Positions 1 through 13,420 of a stretch of 64,000 nucleotides of DNA are shown piece after piece. The stretch is from Octopus vulgaris (lineage: Eukaryota), in NCBI GenBank assembly GCA_951406725.2, contig OX597825.1, positions 1,116,001 to 1,180,000 of the forward strand. Direction: 5' to 3'. The notes below the pieces were generated by a model. It worked only from the letters and a program-made list of their open reading frames with translations. It was not told the DNA's origin and did not search any database. Numbering within the stretch: the stretch's first letter is position 1; each line of letters opens with the position of its first letter. A program made the translations under genes and the position numbers.

Positions 1-78
1 GGTATTTTGCCCAATGCACTAACAATTCTACCAATCCATCAACTTTTTATAATAGTATAATAATAATAATAATAATAG

Positions 79-259
79 GTCAGATAGAGTTAGTCAGTTA
101 CATCAATGCCCATTCTTAATGGGTACTTATTCTATTGACCCTGATAGGATGAAAGGCATAGCTAGCCTTTGAAGAATTTGAACTCAGAACTTAAAGCCAG
201 AAGAAATGATGCTAAGTATTTTGTCTGGCCTGCTAATGATTCTACCAGCTCACCATCTT
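79..259 (-). mobile_element. tRNA-derived SINE, family A (decayed copy)
   Basis: Shares core ggatgaaaggc...gaatttgaactcagaac...ccagctcacc with more than 12 other copies in the window; the reverse complement carries a B-box-like GAGTTCAAAT; flanked by (AAT)n. Confidence 0.75.
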
Positions 260-290
260 ATTATTATTATTAATAATAATAATAATAATG

Positions 291-340
<50 letters not shown>

Positions 341-341
341 T
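260..341. repeat. (ATT)/(AAT)n microsatellite
   Basis: Direct inspection. Confidence 0.95.
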
Positions 342-552
342 CTTTATTCTATAGGCATAAGGCCTGAAATCTCGGTGGGAGGGGGTGCTGGTCAATTTCA
401 ACAACTCCAGTGTTCAACAGGTACTTATCAATCGTGTAAGGACAAAAGACAAAGTTAGTCTCAGTGGAATCTGAACTCAGAATTTGAAGCCAGACAAAGG
501 GCCACCAGCTATTTTGTCTGACATATTGATGCCCCTGCCAGGTGGCCACCTT
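342..552 (-). mobile_element. SINE family A copy
   Basis: ataggcataaggcctgaaat...ggaatctgaactcagaa...ccacctt matches copies at 13213, 20940, 62129. Confidence 0.8.
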
Positions 553-1549
553 AAATAATGGTAATGATATGTTGATAATGTGTAACACACAAGATCTTTG
601 GCTTTCAATCTTGACTGAATGACAAATAATAAGTGAAAGAATATATTGTTGTAGAGGGATCAAAGGAGGGAGAACACAAGAATAATATATTTCTTCAGAA
701 GATTTATCAGAAGAAATTATAGGAAAGAAATGATGGGTGAGAAGCCATTTTATCACCTGGACAAGTATGTTTGCAAAGACACCTATGGAGACACATGTCA
801 AAACACAAATGTCAATATACGTGTACTTATATAAACAAACAGATACAGGCACAGATCATATATTCCTAAAACATTATTTGATATATCAATGCAGACACAT
901 GAATGGCGTGTTTGAAGGAAAGAAACCTTAGAAAGATTGGATAACATAAACCAACAGAAGACTCCGTATATGTATATAGAGTCTAGATATTTTATCTGAA
1001 TGAAATGGAAGCTGACAGGGATTTCAAAACTTTACTGGTAACAGCAAATTGTAGCTTGTCTGATGAGATTTTGTCGTGAAAATTTGAAGTCACAGTCATG
1101 TTTGTGTGTGTGTGTGTGTGTGTATGCATAATGCAGTACAATGTGTCATATGGTTGTGCTATCAGTGATTAAACTGGAAATTCTATCTAGCTTGCTTGGT
1201 AAGTAGGGTAGCTTTTGCTGGACACCCAGCTGAACAAAAACCCATCAAACGGCAAATGAAGGCAATGGAGTCAACGACTATCCAACAGCTGGGAGTGAGA
1301 GACACCTCATCTTTATTGAGACATCTCTTAGTTTGCATCCAGCGATGTAGACTAGTCCTTCATTTTGAGCAAATGCATGCATTATTTCAAGAGTGGGACT
1401 GAACCTAATAAGACATTTCCTCTCTTGAAAAAGCTTCAGGTACAGGCATCGCTTGATTTTGAACATCCCTTTTATGTGTTGCATGCTTTTCTGGCCATAG
1501 TTGGAAAGGCAAAGCACTCAATGAAAATTGCCATGATAGAATGAAGGCA

Positions 1550-1700
1550 TGTATTCGGATGGTGCTTTTTATGTGCCACTGGCATCGGAGCCAGTCAGGG
1601 GGCACTGACCACAGCTACGATATTGGTTTTACTTGACTCAACAGATCTTCTCAAGCATATCATATCACCCGATGCATCAAGGGTATTCTTAACAGGGCCG
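1550..1700 (-). mobile_element. RTE LINE 3' UTR fragment
   Basis: ggtgctttttatgtgccactggca...cttgactcaacag.tcttctcaagca matches 19990-20170 of the RTE copy. Confidence 0.7.
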
Positions 1701-1706
1701 AACATT

Positions 1707-1782
1707 GGGGCCAGTTTATGGGGTTACCCTGGGTGTCTCACTCATAAGTGAGAAATCCAGGGTAACCCCATAATCTGGCCCC
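1707..1782. repeat. 76-nt inverted repeat (36-bp arms, 4-nt loop); MITE-like or pre-miRNA-like hairpin
   Basis: Arms 1707-1742 and 1747-1782 are complementary at 33 of 36 positions; CATT direct repeat on both flanks. Confidence 0.9.
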
Positions 1783-1849
1783 CATTATAATATTAACTGC
1801 TCTACATCTTTGAGTGGGCTCCTTTCTCAGATTTATGTATTTCTATAGA

Positions 1850-1895
<46 letters not shown>

Positions 1896-2664
1896 ATGTG
1901 TGTATGTGTATATATATGTGTTTGAATATATGTTTTTGTATGTCTATATGAATGCATATGAATTTGTCAATTTAAAAAGCAAAAGAAAACTCCTAAAATA
2001 TGAAGAAATGGACTAACAGAAATAGGAGAGTGCTAAAAAAGGGTCCTTATGGTATTTTTGTTGAAACCCCACATTGTTTGACTTTGTATTCCATTTCTTT
2101 GCCATAAAATAGGTGCCAACAGATTAAATTATTGGCACTAATTCAATATATTATATCCCAGTCGAAGAAACGTGTGGTCTTCTAGATAATAACTTACATA
2201 TGGATTTATATTTTACATATATTTCTGTCAAAGTTTATCTATTCATCCATGGAACCTGCAATAATGTTCACAGAAGAAAACATGCTGTTGAAATCTTCAT
2301 TATCCATTTTTTATTAAAAAAAACAGATGAGAATCCTAAGATTTTGAAGCTAGGGGGTGGGGAAATAAAGCTAATGATGTTTCAGCCTTTGTATTTTGTA
2401 AATTTTTACATATGTACACACACATGCATGCATACACATGCACACGTGTATGTGTGTAATATTTTGTTATAAAAACAGAGGCTGCAGCACAATGAATAAT
2501 TTTATCACAAATTTTCAGAGTATATCATGGTTATCAATATAAATAGATAAATGAAAAAAATTTTGCATCTAAAGGTTTCCTGTGACATTAACACTCTCTC
2601 AGCAAGTTGGAAAAAATGGTAAAAATAGAAAATAGTGAAGTGGCACACACACACACACACACAT

Positions 2665-2715
<51 letters not shown>

Positions 2716-2861
2716 TGCATACACACACACACACACAATAGACAAGTGATTGGAGGGAAATTGGGATTATGAGAGAAAGTGCAGTGACTCAGCAAGAAAC
2801 CCTTCGTTATCTGTTGTTTCAGTGAACATTTAATCAATTCTAAACTGAAATAAACGAATAC

Positions 2862-2916
2862 ATGGTGTATTTACGGGTGTATTTATGGGTGTATTTATGG
2901 GTGTATTTATGGGTGT
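2862..2916. repeat. 12-bp tandem repeat (tatgggtgtatt), about 4.5 copies
   Basis: Direct inspection. Confidence 0.85.
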
Positions 2917-4639
2917 CTAGGAATCTGTGTATTTGTTTTCAAACAGGTGTAGGGGGGTGGGCTGAGGTGTCACATATTGCTGTTTAACCTCAAAGCCAAT
3001 ACTTCTTCTGAATTTAGAAGAGGAAACGTCTATGATCAAAGGTGTGACAACGATGACCATCTCGTCTTTTAAAAGGTATCCAGCACTACATCATTATTCA
3101 ATGTCTTTCCAGTTTTAAAACAAAAGTGATTTTGAAGTAATTTTGGTTGAGACAGTCATTGGTGGAATTGGTAATCCAGAGGCTATGATGCTGTTTACAT
3201 GTGTACCATTCCATGTGACACTCTTTGTGTGGTTTCATATAATATCCCAGTGTGGACACCTGTCAAGGAATCTAATCCATTCTTGAAAAAAGTTTAGCTT
3301 ATCTTAAGAAAAGAATCCCGAAGTAGATCTTTTATTGCTAAGCCCTTTTGGAGAAGAATTTATGGAACTTTATTCATAAAAGACAAAATATAGAAAACAC
3401 AACTATGAATATTTACACTGAAGAAACACAACATTTTCAAAGTAGGTCAATACAAAGAAACAACAATACATCGCTGAAGTACATTCCCAAAAGTACAACA
3501 ACTGATGTAATCTCACCAAATCCATCTTGAAATCTCTATAACGGCTGACACTAGAACTTCCAGGTAAAGAAAAACACTTGATACTAGCATAAAACAAACC
3601 CAAATGGACTGCTTCACTGCTCTTCTCATAAGAAATGCATATCAACTAAATGTGCAGTGTATAACCAACGGTATATGGCAACTAAATCTTTCCCAAACTA
3701 TATTCTACTGTCTTAAAAACGCTACATCTAAAAAAAAAAGAAAGAAAGAGGCTAAGATCGCCACAACTAAGATGCCTTTGGCCATAGCTTTGCTCAAGTT
3801 CAATCTAAGTTAACCTGAGACTAAACAACAAAAACTAGACAGATCTACTTTGTGCACTGTTCGATAAAAACTGAGCTAGACATAAAGAACAACAACAATA
3901 ATACTGAAATATATTGGAAGTTGGTCCATCAAGTTCCATAAGCTAAAGTTTATCTTCTGTAGATTTGACAGAATTGAAAATGTTTCTTCGGCTGTCCTCG
4001 TCTGAGAACCTGGGGCCTTCAAATCATTCAAAAACTCTGGTGTCTATTTACCTTTGTGATGTTTAGAACATATGTGTATTAAAAAAAGGAAAATATATTA
4101 AGATTCCATTCCAAATACAATTCAGTGTGCATTGAATTATAATTATTTGGAGTAAAATACTGAAAATTGATTAAATATTTTGTGATTAAAAGATTCTCAT
4201 TTAAATTTATTTGTTTTAAGAGAATGTAATAAAAATAACTTGGATGACATAAGAAATATAAAACTTTTAGGAGAGATTTTAAGTTTTATTACTTTTATCT
4301 GATATTCAATGGCGATTTTTAATACCCTGGTTACTAGCTTTAGTATTAGAATACACAGCAAAGTTGTTAAATATGAAATTTATATATTTATTTTACTTAG
4401 AAAGTAAAATAAATATACACTTAGATCTATGACACATAGGTAGTCAGTTGAATGACTAAACATAATATAAAAATAATTGCTTTTTAAACTAAAGTTGAAG
4501 AATTTTGCAAAACGTAAACATTAACACATACACACATATGTTTTCTTTTTCTCTACTTAACTTAGAGTTAACTAGCCCCTAGCTACTTAGTAAGAGGGTT
4601 AGTAAGAAGGAAAGCAATTTGTTTTAGATGTCATCTTTT

Positions 4640-5750
4640 ATATCTTAAGAAGATCTTGCAGTTTTTTTATATCCCCAAATATCACGATCATTTGTAGTAT
4701 ATGAATTCACTCCCAAAGAATCCAAGTTTGGCTATACTTTGCTCCAGCTGGACTGGTAGATATCATGCTGCTCCAATAATAATAGGTATGAAACTGAAAA
4801 TGTATCTTGAGTACTGAATTTTCAAACTCCATATCAATGGTCTCTAGAGGTTTCTGAAGTATTCTTCTGACCACCTTAGGGTTCAAAGGGAAGCTGATTG
4901 CCACAAGAAGGCATTTTTTTTTCAAATTGTCTCACACCCACTGCTCCAGACTGGTTGTGTTTCAATTTGGTGGGTGTTTTAATACCTTAGTTTCATCAAT
5001 ACTCTTTCGACTGTTCTGTCTCAATAGGACCATCTTTATCTGCTGGTAATTTCTTTTTTCCTATAACAATTCAGAGTTTTCTGGCCATTATGTCATGCCT
5101 CATAGGCAAATCGTAGATGGAAGACATTCTCTTGCAGTTAGCAATAATATGTTTGATGTCTTTACTTTTAGTTTTGTACAAACTACATTTGTTGTCTGTT
5201 AATTTTTTTCTGCCTTTTATGCAGGAGGTACTTGGTGGGGTCTTTTGATCTTGAATTACATGGAAGTAACCTTCAAAGTAGAACATCATAAACTTGTTGG
5301 AACATCATGTCAAACTTTTGATGTGATTTATTCCTGCTATGGTTTCGGTCTTTAATGCCATCTAACCATTGACAGCCTTCAGTGAACTGATTCCCTTTTT
5401 TATTATGTTTTTGAATTAGAGTTTCCTGCTGCTCCAAATGATTTTTATCTGCTCATATTTCATCCCTCTCCTCAAGTTCATTAGTTATCCTGATAATATT
5501 TTTCCGTGTTTGCAAAATCGGGGAAAGATAGTCACTGACCTCCTTTCCTCTGCTGCACATGTTGCTTCAGGGTCACAAAACATGTTTCATATGACATTAA
5601 TATAAATTTGAGACTACAGCCATTTCCCTTACATTGAAAATAAAACGTGCTTATATCTTCAAATTTTCCAGTAACACTGAATTGCTTCAGAGTTTGTATG
5701 TCTGCGTCATTGAGCTTTTTCAGTGATCAGTTTAAAAGTTAAAACACAAG
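4640..5750 (-). mobile_element. Decayed RLE-type non-LTR retrotransposon (R4/Dong/NeSL-like), 3' part
   Basis: Minus translation shows a degenerate CCHC knuckle (NKCSLYK..DIKHIIANC..MS..Y..RHD) followed by a restriction-like endonuclease region (KKKCLLVAISFPL...FIPIIIG); many stops and frameshifts. Confidence 0.75.
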
Positions 5751-5960
5751 CATAAGGATAGGCACTACAAAGATGTGGGTGATATGCTTGTAAGCTGAGA
5801 GTTCAGAAGACCATATTTTGTAACTGTATTGAGCTATTCATTGTCATTTCTTTATTGATAAGCACATCACATCTAACATAACTTATCCAGGCCAAGATAC
5901 TTGTAACTTTTACTAGAAAGTAAGGTTTTCAATCACTCATGTTTGCACATTCAGACTCAC

Positions 5961-6051
5961 CAAATTTCATTTCAACATCTTTAGATAATACATTTATACC
6001 ATGGATAAACCAAAAATTGTTGAAACTAATTTGGTATGCAGGTAAATAAAT
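5961..6051 (-). CDS. Candidate coding exon, unknown product (IYLPAYQISFNNFWFIHGINVLSKDVEMKF)
   Basis: Acceptor ttgtttttaaatAG, donor G|GTGAGT, open frame; an alternative acceptor at 6025 is phase-compatible with exon 7038-7096; no homology recognised. Confidence 0.3.
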
Positions 6052-6107
6052 CTATTTAAAAACAATTACAAGTTTTTCAAATTCAGGTGCATTTTCCAAA
6101 ATCAAAT

Positions 6108-6198
<91 letters not shown>

Positions 6199-7037
6199 TG
6201 TGTGTTAAATTATAAGGCACAAAAAGAAAATGACTCTCCCCAGACACAATAGTATATATATATATATATATTATATATATATATAGGGAGAGAGAAAGAG
6301 AGAGAGAGAGAAATATATTTCTGAATAGTGAACATGTGTAGAAATTATAGACACAAATTATTATTTTATACCCTCAGTTTAGCTCTGTTGAAGCTGAACA
6401 ATTCTACACATCAAGTCAGCCAAATAGTTACTAGGTGGGATTTCCTGTTTTTTTTTTAAAGATGTTATTGTAAACTTTGAAAAACTTCTGAAATTTCCTT
6501 CTTAAAATTTTTCAAAATTTGAAAGGAAATTGCTAAACCTATCAAAGCAAAGAGCAACATGGAGGCTGATCCATTGACTTGAGGTAAGTATTGTGAAATT
6601 CTTGTTAAATATATTAACTATGAGAAATTAGTACAAAAGTACAACACTTGTGTAGTTTAGATGATGCATTGCCAACCGATTGGTTCCTGGTTCAGCTTTA
6701 ACTACAACCTTTGTTTGTGTTGTCCTCTGGACAAAGTAATATCTTCTTCCTACTTTGTCTAACCTCACCTGGCTGACAACAGAATTCAATTTTCCTTCTC
6801 AGGTAAGTAATTAACACAAATATTCTGATAGTAAATATATTCACTCGCAAAGCATCATCTGACTCGTGCTGTCATTGAACAAATGATGGAAAATAAGGAA
6901 CACAATGTGCAGAAAATTAAACTGAAGTGGAGGGGGAAATTCTTGAAAATGTGACAAGAGGAATTGTATGAAAAGAATTATAAGATCAGGTATTTTTTTT
7001 TTTTAATATTAAGTCTGCTGTTAAAGAAAATGCATAC

Positions 7038-7096
7038 CTTTCTCTGGCCCTCATTTCAAGTAACAGTCTTAATAATGTTTCAGAAAAGGTGCTTAC
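7038..7096 (-). CDS. Candidate 59-nt coding exon (VSTFSETLLRLLLEMRARE)
   Basis: Long pyrimidine tract + CAG acceptor, AG|GTATGC donor, single open frame; the exon itself starts with GTAAGC. Confidence 0.4.
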
Positions 7097-7350
7097 CTGA
7101 AAAATAAAGAAAAAAGATATAAATAAACAATATAATATAAAATATGTTCATCATTAACATCTTCAAATAATTTGCAATGATTTTATGAGTATATCTTAAT
7201 TAATAGTGTCAATCATTGGATTTTAATCGTCTTTTTGGAGAAGGCTAAAATTGAGAATACCAAGGGAAAGACATAATGACAACAGCAACTAATACATAAT
7301 ATAAACATTCTGACACATCGTACAAACATACAACATATATATATATATAC

Positions 7351-7406
<56 letters not shown>

Positions 7407-8277
7407 GTAATAATAATATATATATGTTGCATGTTAGGAATTTTAAGAAGTAATGATAAAAAGACATCTGGTCAGTGTTGTGAATGTGTGTAGCCACTTG
7501 CAATGCACCAGAGAAAGCAGTTGTTAGCAAAACAAAATTGCTGCTGTTGCTTTCCTTCAGGTTAGCTCTAAATGAATAAACCACAGGTATTCTATTCATG
7601 AATACATCAAGATTGCATTGATCAGTGTCTGCTTTTTTTATGACAGCAAGATATTATTTGATGGATATTTAGTTGCTATTCGTTACAGGTCAAGTGACCA
7701 CACAAAAGTTTCCTTTTGCTTATTGAAATGACCAGTCCATAATAACAGTTAGTGTTCTTCATACTGAAAAGTCCTGATAAAATTGTCTTTGAATTAAAAG
7801 GAAATGACGTTGTTGTCTGCCTTGTCTTTGGTTCAAACTTGGAATAATGTTAGAGTCCAGTTGAAATAAAAAAAAGTATTATTTCAAGGATGAATGACTA
7901 ATTTCAAGACTCAGAATCCAAATGAAGTCAGCCCTTTATTTACAAACAATGGTAAATGTAAACAATAGTTTTATGTTGTAAATGAATAATCAGTAAAATA
8001 TGAAATATTGGCAGAAGCATGAGAAATAGTTGCAATAATGATTAAAAAAACCCCAAAATAAAGCAACGAATGTAAATTATTTCAAAAGTATCCAAGAACT
8101 GAGGATAAACTGGGTCCAGAAATATAAAAATCTCTTAAAGAATTTTCAAAATAAAATGTGATGCAGATAATAATGCACAGCAAAACAGAAATGGAAACTT
8201 TTTGAATTTTTGTATTTCAATGTAAAAATTATCAAAAATTCAAGTAAATCTGTGGTCTAGTTAAGATAAAAAGAAAA

Positions 8278-8308
<31 letters not shown>

Positions 8309-8929
8309 ATGAATGAATAAAAATATAGAAAGAGTGAATTTATTCTTATAGAATGTCAAGCTAAGAGAACCTTCACAAACATAACAGAAAAGTTGGTTTC
8401 TCATAACAAGAAATTCTGTAAGCACAATCCCAGGAAACGTGCATGAAATAATAGAATTATATTTACAAGGAAACTACAGAAAACAGGAATTGTTTACAAT
8501 GGAAAGATGTCAAGTTGACAGCAACCAGCCAACATGAAAATAATCTTTGTAAAATATTAGATGGGTAGGAAGTATAAAATACTTTTCTAATATGTTCAAA
8601 AAGATTCATTAGAAATGAGTTAGAATTTAATGAGTTCGCTACAAATTAATTGGTATTTGAAGGCTTTAATTCTCAATAGAGAGAGAGAAAGAGAGAGAGG
8701 GAGGAAAAAATGAAAATTATGAAAATATTGTAAAAAAAGTGTATTACTGAATGAATATCTGTAAATTTGTAGATGCTTGTCTGTGTTTCGATATTGCCTT
8801 CAATTATGTATTTTAAATGTCTCCATCTCTGTGTATACATATTGCATGTAATGTGTGCATGTAATGTGTGCATGTTTCAACAGAAGTGCAAGAATATATC
8901 ATTCAACATAAGTTCATTTATTATCTTTT

Positions 8930-9330
8930 ATTTTAGCCATTGGACTGTGACCATCCTGGAGCACTACTTTGAAGGGTTTCATTGAATGAACTGCCCCCAG
9001 TACTGATTTTTTAATGTCTGACACACATTCTATTGGCCTCTCTTGCTAAAAGGCTAAGTGAAGGTGACATAAACAAACCATCACTATTTCTCAAGTGGTG
9101 GTCAGGGACAAACACAAGCACACATACATACAAATAAATAAATATATATATATATATATATATGTATATGATAGGCATCCACTCAGCTTCTGTCAACCAG
9201 ACTCACTCACAAAGTATTGGTTGGCCTGGGGCTACAGGAAAAAGACACCTCCCCAATGTGCCATGCCATGTAACTGAACCCAAAACCATGTGGCTACCAT
9301 ACACCACCCATATCTGTACCTATGCACCTA
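8930..9330 (-). mobile_element. tRNA-derived SINE family B with internal (TA)/(CA) microsatellite
   Basis: Matches copies at 23230, 27995, 36480, 55510 (gactgtg.ccatgctgg...cagtttc.gtc.accaaatccactcacaa...aagacacttgcccaag). Confidence 0.75.
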
Positions 9331-9399
9331 CATTTACCAAATCATTGCATGTTTACTATCTGAATAGGGAGACTCACTCTCCTTAAATCAGACCATCTC

Positions 9400-9730
9400 T
9401 CTTCTTAATGCCACCAAAGTCTTGCACTGAAAACACAACCTATTTTTATGTGGTATTTTTTGTCCATTTCCATTACATGTTCATATCAATGCAGCTGGCT
9501 TTCTTGCACATTTCAGAGGATACCATTAAAGTTCGTTCTCTCCCTCTCATCTCACCTGTGTTAACCTTCCATGCAGTCCGCAATTTTGCACAAAGAGAAG
9601 AGGAACATTCAATGTGGGCAGAGGCAACAACTCCAAGAGTTTCTTCTTTGCTCTAGCTCATGCTTCTTTGCTACAGCCAGCCATCCAAGTTCTGATTAAG
9701 TCCATTCAGGAGACAAAAACTAACAGCCAT
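9400..9730 (-). mobile_element. Highly decayed RTE-like LINE fragment (post-RT region)
   Basis: Minus translation GCSKEA*ARAKKKLLELLPL resembles GGCSESIAARIRIAWADFRAFLPLL of the copy at 20600-20790. Confidence 0.45.
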
Positions 9731-11124
9731 ACCAAGCCATCTAAACTGATGGTTTCATATAAACTGAAAACTAAATTGCTCTTACAAAGGCCTATTATTG
9801 AGTTGTAGGATCATTTAGTGATACCTAAGAATGATGGTTTAACTATAACACAGTGAAGAACATGAGCAAATACTACACATGATGTTCATTTAATTTTGAT
9901 AATCAAGCATGAACTTTAAAAAGCATTGAAGAACAACACAAATAAAAAACCCAGGAATCCAACAATATATTACAATGATTGATTTTAATATTATCTTATT
10001 TTTGGAGTAACATAGTCCAGTTTAGGGTGTTTTGTACAAGAACAATATTATTTGATGCTGGAGCTCTTCACCAATACCAACTTAACTACTTTCAAACCTT
10101 GACTAAAGCCATAAGAAGAAAAATTTCCCACAATCACATTGAACAGTTTCTGTTATTTCCTATTTGCTTACCCCTAGAAAGTATGAAAAATGCCCAATAT
10201 TTCCTTCAAACTTTGCTTTTGTGACATTTATTGAAGCCCCAATGAAGTCATCTCAGTACGTGGCTATGATGCTCCCCCACTAATCCTGCTATTGTCAGCC
10301 ACAGAGGGATCTGCTCAAGGGGTTAAGGTCAAACAAATGACAAGCAAGTCTGCGGTATTGAGCAGAATATTTGCCATATTGATATTTCTGCTGAATCTGC
10401 CTGAAATGTAATGGAAAATAGGTAAGACTCAAAACATTGACGTCCAGGTTACAAAAGCAAGTTTGAAAGGAATAGTGGTCATTTCCTTTGATTTCTAGAT
10501 AGAAGCAAATAAGAAATAACACTTACTGATCAAAGACAAAACAAAACCAACAAAAAGCCTAAAAATATTATTGTTATATGGTGTTATCCTTTCTCCTTGG
10601 AAAGATATTTGAAAGTTCTTGAGTGGCTCTTCAGTTTCTGCTAATTATCTCAGATAACTTCTTACATTCCCTGCTGAATACCAATTAGTAAACATTAATT
10701 TAATAGGGAACATTGAAGAGATATCTATACAGTGAGACGGAGGAGACAAAAGAATGTTAGCCAATAAGTGACACTGTTGGCATTATTTTAACAAGTATAG
10801 GAGACAACTTTAAACATGATGGCCACATCAGCAAAGCACCAACCCCACTGTACTTGTCAAAATAGTAACTGAAGTTTCTAAGTTCATATACGAGTTAGTA
10901 TACACTGGTTAGCATATAAAAATAGAATTGTTTAGAAAATAACAACCAAACACAAGCTATCCACATGAAAAACACTGTTAAGCAGTGCTTACGTATTTAA
11001 TGTGAGAACCATTAATACTGGTCAGTGGAGGTTGTTCTGTTTAGCAGATAAATCAGCACCATTGAAAGGATTCATTTGCTCACACTGTCACAATCTTCAA
11101 AAACTAGAAAAACCTCTATATGAC

Positions 11125-11530
11125 CACCCAACCTGCAAGAAATAGTAGCTAAATGCCCTTCAAATCATAGCCTACCATTATGAAAAGAGTGAGGACATAC
11201 AGGATGATGTAATTCTAGATGCACGATGCCTGGAAAAAGACTGGAGGATTATGGCTGGAATGCCTATGATCACAGGCCTGCTTGGTCAGAGCTGAATTAG
11301 GGTTGATCAACAATAAATTTAAGCAGAGAGATTATAAATCCAAATGAGAGCCACAATGTGGTCATTTCACTTGCTAGTAACAGAAGTGAAATCTATCTCA
11401 AACACACAATTAAGGGGAAATATATTGGTCAATGTACTCTCATGCCTGGATGAGAGACATGATAGTTATACTTGTAGTTCTTTTGACCAAAAGTCTCTTC
11501 AATTAGAACTAACTGGGGTTAATTAACAAC
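11125..11530 (+). mobile_element. Two tandem copies of ancient dispersed repeat family C (~200 bp, (AAC) tail)
   Basis: cctgc.agaaatag.agc.aaat.ccct.caaatca...atggctggaatgcct.tgatca.agg.ctg...ggg.t.aacaacaa recurs about 20 times in the window. Confidence 0.65.
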
Positions 11531-13147
11531 AAGGAAACCTTGAACAAAAGCATTAAACATTGGTCACTGAGCAATTCCACTTCTTAAAAATTATTTTCTA
11601 GCAGCATCCATTTATTGAGATCCTAACATACAAAAGAAGCAATTGCCAAACCAATAAATAATTGAAAACTAATATCAGACCAATAATAGTGTCAAAACTA
11701 AGTTACTATTATTTTTTAGCTCTCAAAAAATAAGTAGTAAGCAATCAATGAGGATTTTATCCATGCTGTCCAAGCATATCTAGGATTACATTACTTAGGG
11801 TGTCTTTCTCATTTTGAAGATAGCAGGGAACTGATATGAGAGAGCATTGCAAGGATAAACAAACCCTTTTGCTGATGACAGCTCTTGGAGCATTATCTAC
11901 TGCATCCTGACTCTACCATATTTTCTTTCACAATAACACCAGTACTAAATAGTTTTGTCATTGTGTAACCAACTTTAGATTGGCCTTTGTCAAGCAGACG
12001 TATGATTAAAGGAGTTCTACATACAGCTGTTCCATCTGTTCTCCAAGCTATTTCTAACAGGTCAGGCAAACATGTAGAGGCTCTCTCTCACTGGTTTGTA
12101 CCAAACTTAGATTTCAATTGCACACCAGATACGGATAAATTAAGAAATGCCTCTCCAATGATGTTTTTATGAAGAAACATAGGCCAATATATAAGCAATG
12201 CTGCTGCCACTACTGCTGTCGCTTATACAGCTATAAATGCTTCAGTGACAAAGGAACAGAATTTCACTGGAATTTCTCAGGATCCATTTTATTTTAAATT
12301 ATATTTAAAAAAGAATTTTTTACTGTCTTCAGATTCAGTTAAATTGCTCAAATATAAAAATAAATTCCTTCTGAAATAATTTGATTTCTACAGGAAGTTT
12401 ATCTTGCAAGTTAAATTTATCCTGACTTGTATCAATTTATTTATAATTGGTATCTAATAAGGTCAATTAAATACAGTTTGATTGTTTCTTTTTCTTTTTT
12501 CATCTTATCATACCAAGAATAACAGGAACATAAACAAATTTAGATATTTGATAAATATAGAATACTTTAAGTATATAATGTAAGACATTTTGAATGTTTT
12601 TCCTTTCCTCTTTTCTTGTTTTTTTTTTGATATCACCAATATCATTTAGTGTTAAAAGCATACAAGATAAAAAAATTCAATAGCTGTAATTTTGAATTAA
12701 CCATATTAGAGTCTAAAAATGCTTTGAAACGTGCCATATCAGTTGAAAAACACATACTAAAATAGACCTTATATTTTGCTTAGCTTTGTTAAAGCATGTA
12801 ACAGCTATTTGGATGTGAAAATAGAAAGTATGGTAAACAAGAGTGAATGGATGCATTAGAATTGGAGGGAAAATGTATTTTGTATAAGTAATTTGGTAGC
12901 GAAAAAGAATCTGGGATGGCAAGCAATTATTTTCGGTTGATTGTTTATGCCTAAAAAACAAGTGCACAGTATACTTTTGTTTTTTTTTTTTATAGTGAAG
13001 AGGAATATCTGAATATATACGCAGAAGAAGTATGGCCACAGTCCAGTCACTTGAGCTACTAGTGGCAGAATCTGTACTCAGGATGTAGAGACAAAGTGCT
13101 GACAAGCATTTTGTCCAGTCTGCTAAAGATTCTGCAAGCTCACCACC

Positions 13148-13149
<2 letters not shown>

Positions 13150-13212
<63 letters not shown>
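13150..13212. repeat. (AAT)n microsatellite between two SINE A copies
   Basis: Direct inspection. Confidence 0.95.
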
Positions 13213-13420
13213 CCTTTCTATTATAGGCACAAGGCCTGAAATTTGGGTGGGGGGGCATAGTCGATTACATTAACCCCAGTGCATAGCTGGTGCATATTTC
13301 ATTGCCCCTGAAAAGATGAAAGGCAAAGTTGACCGTGGTGGAATTTGAACCCAGATCATATGAATGGATGAAATACTGTTAACCATTTTGCCTGGCATGC
13401 TAACAGCCCAGTCACTGCCA
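13213..13420 (-). mobile_element. SINE family A copy
   Basis: Full core gatgaaaggcaaagttgaccgtggtggaatttgaacc. Confidence 0.85.

Noticed and set aside
349-852. 167-aa minus-strand ORF
   Set aside because: Runs through a SINE copy, no recognisable domain
1055-1100. Hammerhead ribozyme (CTGATGA + stem)
   Set aside because: No GAAA core after stem II and no clear stems I/III
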